This document shows positions 38,762-46,217 of a stretch of 47,642 bases of DNA, piece after piece. Every line of letters starts with the position of its first letter. Position 1 is the stretch's first letter. Origin of the DNA: Candidatus Iainarchaeum sp. (lineage in GTDB: Archaea; Iainarchaeota; Iainarchaeia; Iainarchaeales; JAFCCW01). The translations under genes were made by a program, and so were the position numbers. The stretch is from contig JAFCCW010000012.1 in NCBI GenBank assembly GCA_017609985.1, forward strand, positions 1-47,642, in the 5' to 3' direction. Under the pieces are notes generated by a model. The model saw nothing but the letters and a program-made list of their open reading frames with translations, searched no databases and was not told the DNA's origin.

Positions 38762-39547
38762 TCAGATGTTGATTGTTGAGATTTTATATCTTTCTTTGAT
38801 TTCTTCTGCGGATTTTGTTTCTTTTCCATTTACAAATAAATATTGTAAAGATAGTTTGTGAAAATTTGGTTTGTGGATTCCTTGTTTAGTTGATTCATTA
38901 GTAACAAACAGCAGAGCACGCTGGTTTTTGCTTAGATATTCCCATCTTTTTTTCATTTTGCCTAAATTGCCCATTGGAGTGTGTGCTGGGTTTAGGAAAA
39001 TGTTGGTATTTTTCAAAATTGAGTCAAATTTTTTATTTAATTCTGTTTCACTGCTTCTAAGTGAAACCCTGTTTCCTTGTTTCTGTTTGTTCTTTAGAAT
39101 ATTGTTTTCTCCGCAAATAATTAGGCGGACTTTTTTGTTGTTGACTTTGAAAAATCGCTCCGATTCAAGTTTGTCTAAATATTCTGGAATTGTTGTTTTG
39201 AGAGAGTGAATATCTTTACTGCTTGTGAAAACCTGTTTTATTTTCTTTTTAATTAGTTTTTTTCCTTTTGCCACATAGAATCCGACATCTGACTTAGGAT
39301 TATCTTTGTTTCTGTGTCCGTCTCCCACTTCAAAGATATATGTTGTGTGTTTATTTTTGTTGTTTGTTAAAACAGAATCAAGTTCTTTTCTGTTGGACAG
39401 AGTCCATCCAGAAAATAAGATTAAATCCACATCAAATACATTGTTCAATATTTCTGTCATAAGCCGCGTGTTATTTTTAGAAATGAAATTAGTTTTGGAT
39501 TTTTTGGAACTAGATTTTGTGATAAATGATACAACAGAACATTTCAT
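38762..39547 (-). CDS. Hypothetical protein, divergent carbon-nitrogen hydrolase (nitrilase) fold
   Basis: DVDLILFSGW (cf. DLIVFPE), VRLIICGENN (cf. GxxICxE/D nucleophile elbow), IFLNPAH. Confidence 0.55.
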   Translation of the reverse strand: MKCSVVSFITKSSSKKSKTNFISKNNTRLMTEILNNVFDVDLILFSGWTLSNRKELDSVLTNNKNKHTTYIFEVGDGHRNKDNPKSDVGFYVAKGKKLIKKKIKQVFTSSKDIHSLKTTIPEYLDKLESERFFKVNNKKVRLIICGENNILKNKQKQGNRVSLRSSETELNKKFDSILKNTNIFLNPAHTPMGNLGKMKKRWEYLSKNQRALLFVTNESTKQGIHKPNFHKLSLQYLFVNGKETKSAEEIKERYKISTINI

Positions 39548-40114
39548 TTAGTTTTCCCCCAGCAAGTTTTTGAATTTTTCAACATCCTCGGTTTTTTTTT
39601 GATCTAATTCACACCAGACATAATCTTTGGCAAATAATCGCACAGTAGGTTTTAAGCCCAAGAGAGCCGGCGCAAAATCTTTGAGAGTATCATACCAGGC
39701 TCTTTGTTCATCTCTAAAGGGAGGATCATTGTCTTTTTTATGAATTGATTTGCATAAACTAAGCCATTTTTCTTTATCAAATCCCAGTTTTAAGTGTTCA
39801 GGATATGCATTTAATGCAATATCTCTTTGTTTAGTAAAATGCTGTGATTCATCAAATTCCACTATGAGCTTGTGCTCAACAGCAAAAAAGTCAACTGTAG
39901 AAAGTTTTTTAGCGCGAACAAAATTGTCATACTCCCGATTAGTTTCAAGCAAATCAAAGATTTTTTTTAAATCTGAATAAAATTTGTTGGATTCAAAAGC
40001 ACTTATTTTTGCGGGCAAATTAAGGGAATGTTCTTTCTTAACTTCGCCAAAAATAACACTGAGCAAATCGTATATTCTCTTTTTGCATTCCTTGCATCTT
40101 TCACTATGGCTCAT
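39548..40114 (-). CDS. Predicted Vsr/DUF559-like PD-(D/E)xK endonuclease
   Basis: VDFFAVEHKLIVEFDESQHF (D-x8-E-x-DExxH) motif, plus RDEQRAWYDTLKD. Confidence 0.7.
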   Translation of the reverse strand: MSHSERCKECKKRIYDLLSVIFGEVKKEHSLNLPAKISAFESNKFYSDLKKIFDLLETNREYDNFVRAKKLSTVDFFAVEHKLIVEFDESQHFTKQRDIALNAYPEHLKLGFDKEKWLSLCKSIHKKDNDPPFRDEQRAWYDTLKDFAPALLGLKPTVRLFAKDYVWCELDQKKTEDVEKFKNLLGEN

Positions 40115-40207
40115 TTGCGACTCCGACCTTGTTTTTATTTAATGTTTCTTCTTATTTTTTCCAACTAATTTCAAATCCGCCTTTTTCATGCTTTTTCCCG
40201 TGTGTTT

Positions 40208-40810
40208 TTACAATCTGGCTATTCTTCCCGCATCGGTCAGTAGCAGCTCGTTTTCCTTGTTTTCTTCTATCAGGCCCCTCACCCTTAATTCTTTTATGTG
40301 CCTGTACAACATTGCTCTGCTTATCTTTAGGTGTTCTGCGAACTTGCTGAGGTTTTTGCTTTCTTCAATGTTTTTAAGGATTTTAAGCTGGCTTTTGTTT
40401 AAATTAAATGATAGAACAGGCAGGTCAAGAATTTGATTTGTTTCTTCAATACAATATAATGCTTTTTTCACCCGATTGGAACGCGCGTATGAACCCAGAA
40501 GCAAACCCATTGATTGAGTTTTTCTGCCAGGGGTAACGTTCAAGTATAGTTCATCTTTATCTGGAATGTCATCAATTAAGATTACACATTCCTTTGCAAT
40601 GCCAACAACATCGTAGAGCCCTACTCTTTTTCGCTTTACTTTAATGGCTTTTCCAAAGCTTGCTTCAATTGTTTTTGCTGCTTTTTTCTGGGTTTTGTCG
40701 GGTTTTTTATCCATAAGCAGGTAAAGTCTTTCAATGCCAAGCTTTGTTACAAGTAGCACGATGGAATTTGTAGAATATGTTGTTGTTATTAGAACGCGGG
40801 GCAAATCCAA
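40208..40810 (-). CDS. Csa3-like CARF + winged-helix transcriptional regulator
   Basis: Rossmann-like N-domain (VLITTTY, LYDVVGIAKEC, LNVTPGRKTQSMGLL; cf. NxSGGxK/R) and C-terminal HTH (ISRAMLYRHIKELRVRGLI...LTDAGRIA). TTG start with GGAGGTGG RBS. Confidence 0.8.
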   Translation of the reverse strand: MDLPRVLITTTYSTNSIVLLVTKLGIERLYLLMDKKPDKTQKKAAKTIEASFGKAIKVKRKRVGLYDVVGIAKECVILIDDIPDKDELYLNVTPGRKTQSMGLLLGSYARSNRVKKALYCIEETNQILDLPVLSFNLNKSQLKILKNIEESKNLSKFAEHLKISRAMLYRHIKELRVRGLIEENKENELLLTDAGRIARL

Positions 40811-40969
40811 ACCACCTCCTGCACTTTACTTATTTGATTGAAATTATTAAACCTCATTTGTACCACTATCACTACAAGTAATCCAGAAAATTTAAATAGT
40901 TAACCTAAAGTGAGCAGTGTATCGTTTTTATGATACATTTAAATATATTTTGTGACAACGGTTTTAGGT

Positions 40970-42118
40970 ATGGATGAAACTGCTTTGACCTTGAGGAACG
41001 TGACAAAAACAAACAAGTTTTGTGAAGTCAAATCTGTTGAGCAACTTATTGGGCTCGCGGGATCGTGTTATGAGTTAGAAGCGAGCATAGCTCTGCTCAA
41101 GAGTAATGGCGAGTTTGAAAAGTGGTTGAAAACAAACAAATTGCATGAATTGGCTAATAACCTTAAGCCGTTTAAGAATCAACCACTGCCTGTTTTTGTT
41201 GAAGCACTTAAGGTTTTTTTGGGTGACCATGGCGGGAAACAGGTTTCGTTTGATTCTCTTACAGGAATTGATGAACTAAAACGCTTTCTGGTAAACCGGT
41301 TTGTAAAACCTAGGCAGTTTAGGGAAAAAGCAAGAGAATTAAGGCAAGAGGTTGAAGATGGTATCATGTTTTATGGCCCGCCAGGTTGTGGAAAGACTAT
41401 GGTAGGATTAGCTCTTGCGAATGAATCGAATAGTTTGCTCATATACCGTTCTGCTGCCGACTTGGAAAAAACACGGTGCAATGCAACCGAAATGCTGCAC
41501 GGTCTTTTCACAATAGCAAGAAAGTCAGCACCTTCAATCCTGTTTTTTGATGAATTTGAATACTTTGGTCAGATGAGAAGCAATGATTCAAGACTTTCGA
41601 TGGCAACTTCGCTGTTTTTGTCTGAGATGGGTGGAAACAAAAAAAACGAGGAAATTCTCGTCATAGGAGCAACCAACTATCCCTGGAGTATTGACCCAGC
41701 ATTACTCAGAACTGGACGATTCAGCCACCTGTTTTATATGGGCCCACCTAATCAAAACCAGCGCAAAGAATTGTTTAAATTTTATTTGAATGACTTACCA
41801 TGCGAAAAGATTGATTTGAATTATTGTGTAAACAATACAAATTTTTATTCCTGCAGCGATATTTCCCAATTGTGCAGGGACGCTGCTTCTTTTGTATGGA
41901 ATGATTTCCTGCAAAATAGTGTTGAGAGAAAAATTGGAACAGAAGACTTGAAGAAAGCTATTAAACGCAGGCCTTCCTCCATAGTCCACTGGTTTGACTT
42001 GTTTAAGGCACATTCGCCCACCACAGAACAACAAATCAGATTTAAAAAGCTTTTTGATGATTTGGAAGACTATAAACTTTTGAGCAATGACACGAAGAAA
42101 AACAGCAACATTTATTAA
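40970..42118 (+). CDS. AAA+ ATPase (classic AAA clade, Cdc48/Vps4-like single module) with small N-terminal domain
   Basis: GPPGCGKT, LFFDEFE, GATNYPWSIDPALLRTGRF second region of homology. Confidence 0.9.
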   Translation: MDETALTLRNVTKTNKFCEVKSVEQLIGLAGSCYELEASIALLKSNGEFEKWLKTNKLHELANNLKPFKNQPLPVFVEALKVFLGDHGGKQVSFDSLTGIDELKRFLVNRFVKPRQFREKARELRQEVEDGIMFYGPPGCGKTMVGLALANESNSLLIYRSAADLEKTRCNATEMLHGLFTIARKSAPSILFFDEFEYFGQMRSNDSRLSMATSLFLSEMGGNKKNEEILVIGATNYPWSIDPALLRTGRFSHLFYMGPPNQNQRKELFKFYLNDLPCEKIDLNYCVNNTNFYSCSDISQLCRDAASFVWNDFLQNSVERKIGTEDLKKAIKRRPSSIVHWFDLFKAHSPTTEQQIRFKKLFDDLEDYKLLSNDTKKNSNIY

Positions 42119-42142
42119 CACCTACAGCATTATATAGTGGCT

Positions 42143-42271
42143 ATGCCTTACAGGAAAGGAGTTACTACAATCCAGTTGAGTTCTGAGACGCGGGAGAAGC
42201 TGAAAGCTCTTGGGAAGAAAGGGGAAACTTACGATGACATCATCCGGGCACTCATGAAGAAGAATAAATAG
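42143..42271 (+). CDS. Small ribbon-helix-helix (antitoxin/CopG-like) protein, 42 aa
   Basis: Manual translation MPYRKGVTTIQLSSETREKLKALGKKGETYDDIIRALMKKNK, an archaeal TTIQ...ETYDDII RHH pattern. Confidence 0.8.
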   Translation: MPYRKGVTTIQLSSETREKLKALGKKGETYDDIIRALMKKNK

Positions 42272-42315
42272 AATTTTTTCATGTTTGCGCTTTTTGTTTC
42301 TTCTTAAAAGGGGTC

Positions 42316-43074
42316 ATGGAGCAGGCTATAGCCATAGGCAAAATCAAGGACGGAATCTCAAAAAAAGAGCTTGTAACTATTTTTGGCGTGTGCAACGTGG
42401 ACTATCTCGGCAGGGCCGCGAGCAAGCTCCCGAAAGGAAAAAGGCTCATCATGATTAAGGGTGACAACTCTATTAGCATTCACCAGAACAGGCTTGTCAG
42501 GCCCACGAATTACATGATGAACACGCGCATTGCAATAGAAGAACAGGAAAACAATGTTGTGCTCAAAGCAAGGCGCGTAAAGCCGAGAGAAAAGCTCACA
42601 GTGGTGTTTGACAAGATTCATGACGTTCAAACATACGGCATGGAAATCACGAATGACCTTCGGTTAACTGGCTCAGAAAGGGATTTGAACGAGCTTCTCA
42701 TGCAAGACCTCTCGATGATAGAGCCCGGGTTAAAACCTGTTAACCAGCAGGAAAAATTCAGAAAAGGAATAGCAGACATCATAGCTGAAGATTCAAACGG
42801 AAACTATGTAGTAATAGAATTGAAGAGACGGCAGGCAGACTATGCAAGCGTGACACAGTTGAAACGTTATATGAGCCAAGTGGAGAAAATGAAGGGAATT
42901 CAAACAAGAGGAATACTCCTCGCCCCGGACATAAGGAAAAACGCTAAAGAGCACCTCGAAAGTTTGGGTTTGGAGTTCGCAAAAATCGACTTTGAATTAC
43001 TGCCATCGAGCGAAGAAAAAGCGCGAATCAAAGGGCTTCAAAAAAAGCAAGAAACATTAGACAAATTCTATTAA
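42316..43074 (+). CDS. nucS: Endonuclease NucS/EndoMS (intact copy inside island)
   Basis: CNVDYLGRAASKL, RLIMIKGDNSISIH, RPTNY, GSERDL, ADIIAED...VVIELKR, QLKRY, RGILLAP motifs. Confidence 0.93.
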   Translation: MEQAIAIGKIKDGISKKELVTIFGVCNVDYLGRAASKLPKGKRLIMIKGDNSISIHQNRLVRPTNYMMNTRIAIEEQENNVVLKARRVKPREKLTVVFDKIHDVQTYGMEITNDLRLTGSERDLNELLMQDLSMIEPGLKPVNQQEKFRKGIADIIAEDSNGNYVVIELKRRQADYASVTQLKRYMSQVEKMKGIQTRGILLAPDIRKNAKEHLESLGLEFAKIDFELLPSSEEKARIKGLQKKQETLDKFY

Positions 43075-43108
43075 ACACCTTTTAGATTGGTTAAGTTCAT
43101 ATATTTTT

Positions 43109-43186
43109 TATATAACTTATATTTATAAATGACACGACTTTGTTATATATAACTTATATTTATATACTACTTGTGTTAGTTATATA
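43109..43186 (+). promoter_or_regulatory. Repeated operator-like sites upstream of the type IV TA operon
   Basis: 19-bp direct repeat TATATAACTTATATTTATA at 43109 and 43146, plus an inverted half-site AGTTATATA at 43178. Confidence 0.55.
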
Positions 43187-43199
43187 CTAGTGTTATAGC

Positions 43200-43820
43200 A
43201 TGGTTAAAACTAAAACTAAGAAACTTCTCGCATTACTATTGGATGCAGATTATGTTCCTAAAAGCAAGTATGCTTTAGCCAAAAAAGCCGGATGTAGCCC
43301 TACTTGGGTACTAAAATATTTTAAGCTTCTCGAAAACAAAAAAATTGTTAAAGAGATTAAAGTAAAAAATGCTAAGGCCCTATTTGAATTGTTCCATGAG
43401 AAAAGACCCAAGAAACAAATTTACAAAACCTATTCGATAAATGATTCTTCAAAACTAATCGAATCAGTCAAAAGCAGTGGAATGGATTATGCATTCACAA
43501 CCTATGTTGCAGAGAATATCCTGCAAAAACATTTGTTTTTGCACAGAACCGACATCTATGTAAAGAAAGAAAATTTTGAAGCTTGGCATGAAAAGATGAG
43601 CAAAATAGGATTATGTGGAGGCGGAAACGTTAGATTAATCATTTCTGAATACGAAGAGCTTTTTAACAAAAAGCAAGTTAACAGTGAGAATAAAAAATAT
43701 AAAAGTTGGATAGTAAACACGCCTCAGCTGATATCAGACTTGTTTGTAGAAGACGGTCCTGCAAAAGAAGCAGGAGAAATGCTGTTGAAAAAACTTGGGA
43801 AAAAAATAGAGGCAAAATAA
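43200..43820 (+). CDS. AbiEi-like antitoxin / wHTH transcriptional regulator
   Basis: N-terminal HTH (SKYALAKKAGCSPTWV), YAFTTYVAE, TDIYV, IVNTPQLISDL. Directly abuts a nucleotidyltransferase gene. Confidence 0.7.
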   Translation: MVKTKTKKLLALLLDADYVPKSKYALAKKAGCSPTWVLKYFKLLENKKIVKEIKVKNAKALFELFHEKRPKKQIYKTYSINDSSKLIESVKSSGMDYAFTTYVAENILQKHLFLHRTDIYVKKENFEAWHEKMSKIGLCGGGNVRLIISEYEELFNKKQVNSENKKYKSWIVNTPQLISDLFVEDGPAKEAGEMLLKKLGKKIEAK

Positions 43821-44612
43821 ATGTATCTTAAAATAGAGACTCAAACATCCTACGAGTATCTCCAAAAAGTCGTTTCTGTTTTGCAGGAACCTATTTGCAT
43901 TTTGGGTGGCTGGGCAGTTTACCTCACAGTAAACGACAACTATAAAAAAAATGTTGGGAAAGAATATTTAGGTTCAAGAGATATTGATTTAGGGTTTCAT
44001 TTGGACAAAAATGCCAGCGAGAAAGAAATGAAACAATCAAGTTTTTACCTTGCTTTGAAGACATTAGAAAAAGACGGCTTTGAGTTAACTTCTTTCAGAC
44101 TTGTCAAACATCTTGACCGAGAAACAGGCAAAGTCCTGTCCCAAGAAGAATATGTAAAAAAAGATCAATTTGATTTAATAGAAATGTATGTTGATCTCAT
44201 AGTAGACAACCTTCCAAACGGGTTCAAGAAAACTTTCAAAATGAACCTAATAGACGAAACATTATTAGCACCTGTTTTTGAAAATCCAAAAAACCACATC
44301 ACCTTAACCGAATTCAAGAAAAAACTTATCCTCCCAAAACCAAGCTTGCTATTAGCCACAAAACTCAAGTCCCTGCCTGGAAGAGACAAAGAACACAAAA
44401 GACAAAAAGACATCTACGACATAGCCGCACTATTACTGTACGCTCCAAAAAGAATAGATGGAAGCGAATTGAAACAGTTCCTGCCCACAAAATCATTAAA
44501 ATCCATCAAACAAATAAACGACAAAGAAATAGAAAAAACAGAATCCAGCCTAGGTCTACAAAAAAATCAATTCAAAACAGCAGTACTTGCACTCAAAAAA
44601 GAAATTGAATAA
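43821..44612 (+). CDS. AbiEii/MenT-like nucleotidyltransferase toxin
   Basis: ILGGWAV, SRDIDLG, VDL, ATKL...R...KRQKDIYDI motifs of the Pol-beta-like AbiEii family. Confidence 0.78.
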   Translation: MYLKIETQTSYEYLQKVVSVLQEPICILGGWAVYLTVNDNYKKNVGKEYLGSRDIDLGFHLDKNASEKEMKQSSFYLALKTLEKDGFELTSFRLVKHLDRETGKVLSQEEYVKKDQFDLIEMYVDLIVDNLPNGFKKTFKMNLIDETLLAPVFENPKNHITLTEFKKKLILPKPSLLLATKLKSLPGRDKEHKRQKDIYDIAALLLYAPKRIDGSELKQFLPTKSLKSIKQINDKEIEKTESSLGLQKNQFKTAVLALKKEIE

Positions 44613-44691
44613 CCAAAAAACAACACATTTCTAGGAACTGCTAGTCTATCTAACAGCGCACATTCCCATCTAACCGTTGCCTTTTTATATG

Positions 44692-44780
44692 TTATTCCAC
44701 ATGGCAGCTGCCAACAATGCACAGCAGGTGTTTCCTGTGAATAGCCTGCTCTATTTTTTCCTTTGCCTGCTCCAGCTCAT
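44692..44780 (-). pseudogene. nucS: nucS 5' remnant (N-terminal ~28 aa)
   Basis: ELEQAKEKIEQAIHRKHLLCIVGSCHVE* aligns with NucS KIKDGISKKELVTIFGVCNVDY. It stops at the conserved Tyr codon. The ATG at 44780 is one base out of frame. Confidence 0.7.
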
Positions 44781-44824
44781 GGAAACCAATAGAATAAGAA
44801 AGAAAAAGAATTAAAGATGCAGGG

Positions 44825-46087
44825 CTAATCGAAAACCGACTCGCCCGCAAACTTGCCTGCTTTTTCTTCAATGCGAAGAAGCTGGTTGTATTTTGCGTTT
44901 CGCTCACTCCTCGCAGGAGCACCGAACTTGCTCTGGCCAGTGGAGAGACCAACAACAACATCTGCAATCAAAGAGTCTTCGGTTTCACCAGAACGATGGC
45001 TTACAACAACAGTCCAGTCATTATCAAAAGCAAGCTTTGCTGCATTGATTGATTCAGTGATTGAACCAATCTGGTTTATCTTGAGCAAGAGAGAATTGCA
45101 TGCTTTCTCATCAATTGCCTTCTTGATATACTTTGTGTTTGTTACAAGCAAGTCATCGCCGACTATTTGGACTTTGTTTCCAATTTTTTCAGTAAGCATT
45201 GCCCAGCCCTCCCAGTCGTCTTCAGCCATTCCATCTTCAAGGGAAACAATTGGATACTTGTCAATCAGCTCTGCATAAAAGTCAACAAGTTCTCCGCTGG
45301 AATACTCTTTTCCATAAAGCTTGTATTTTCCATCAGCATAGAATTCAGATGCTGCAGAATCTATTACAAAGGAAATCTTGCCTTCATAACCTGCTTTCCT
45401 AACCGCCTGAAGCATCAACTCCAAGCGTTCCTCTGTGTTTTTTACTGGAGGAACAAAACCGCCTTCGTCTCCAATGAGTGTAGCAGAAGCACCAAATTTT
45501 TTTTTCAGAATTGACTTCAAAGCATGATAGGATTCTGTTCCTGCTTGAAGAGCTTCTGAAAAAGAATCAAAATTCATTGGAAAAAGCATCTGTTCCTGAA
45601 TGTCTTCTTCAAGGCCAGCGTGCCTTCCACCATTCATTACGTTAAGCTGGGGAACAGGAAGCTTGAAATCAGAAATTCCAGCAAGACCTCCAATGTATTC
45701 ATACAGGTCCTTGCCTGCTTCAACAGAACCAGCTCTGCAAACAGCCATGCTGACGGCAAGAATTGCGTTTGCTCCAAGAACAGACTTGTTTTCTGTGCCA
45801 TCAAGCTCAATCATTGCGTTATCAATTTCTGCCTGTTGCAAAACATCCATTCCGTTAACTGCTTCGGCTATCTTACTATTTACATTTTCAACTGCTTTGT
45901 GAACTGCCTTACCTCCAAATTCAGAGCCACCATCTCTCATCTCAAGAGCTTCTCTTGAACCAGTGCTTGCTCCGCTTGGAACAATTCCAAAAAATTTGTG
46001 TCCGTTAACTGATAGTTCTGCTTCAACAGTAGGGTTTCCCCTGCTGTCAAGAACCTGTCTTGCTTTAATGTTTTCAATTTCTGTCAT
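44825..46087 (-). CDS. eno: Enolase
   Basis: LDSRGNPTVE, VPSGASTG, GDEGGF, VGDDL, LLLKINQIG, SHRSGET, RSERNAKYNQLLRIEE motifs. Confidence 0.97.
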   Translation of the reverse strand: MTEIENIKARQVLDSRGNPTVEAELSVNGHKFFGIVPSGASTGSREALEMRDGGSEFGGKAVHKAVENVNSKIAEAVNGMDVLQQAEIDNAMIELDGTENKSVLGANAILAVSMAVCRAGSVEAGKDLYEYIGGLAGISDFKLPVPQLNVMNGGRHAGLEEDIQEQMLFPMNFDSFSEALQAGTESYHALKSILKKKFGASATLIGDEGGFVPPVKNTEERLELMLQAVRKAGYEGKISFVIDSAASEFYADGKYKLYGKEYSSGELVDFYAELIDKYPIVSLEDGMAEDDWEGWAMLTEKIGNKVQIVGDDLLVTNTKYIKKAIDEKACNSLLLKINQIGSITESINAAKLAFDNDWTVVVSHRSGETEDSLIADVVVGLSTGQSKFGAPARSERNAKYNQLLRIEEKAGKFAGESVFD

Positions 46088-46217
46088 AAAAAATCACCCG
46101 CCAGATTTTAATCTAAATAAAGCAGAAAAATGTTTTAATACGAATGGTGCAAACCAAAAGAAAGAATTTTAAACAAAACCGCACTTAGTATTGTTACTAA
46201 TTGTGGTGATATTGGTG

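Larger units (their letters stand above)
35745..44691. mobile_element. Accessory/defence island interrupting native nucS (no integrase seen; left end appears deleted)
   Basis: Bounded by nucS 3' and 5' remnants on the same strand. Cargo is NACHT, nuclease, CARF, AAA+, toxin-antitoxin genes and a second nucS. Confidence 0.75.

Noticed and set aside
43109-43186. Possible mini-CRISPR array (repeats near a CARF gene)
   Set aside because: Only two 19-bp AT-only copies with an 18-bp gap. This is too short for a CRISPR repeat/spacer, and no cas genes are present.
40970-44612. CBASS type III (TRIP13-like ATPase + nucleotidyltransferase)
   Set aside because: The NTase has AbiEii-type GGWAV/DID motifs rather than the CD-NTase GS-x-DxD pattern. 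No HORMA protein is seen, and the ATPase looks Cdc48/Vps4-like.
35745-44691. Integrase, transposase or matching att repeats at the island ends
   Set aside because: No tyrosine/serine recombinase or transposase motifs appear in any ORF. Only a 7-bp CTAGTCT match (35574 and 44641) was noticed, which is compatible with chance.
44781-44967. Upstream part of the 91-aa ORF 44692-44967
   Set aside because: It overlaps the enolase 3' end out of frame. Only the last ~28 codons resemble NucS.
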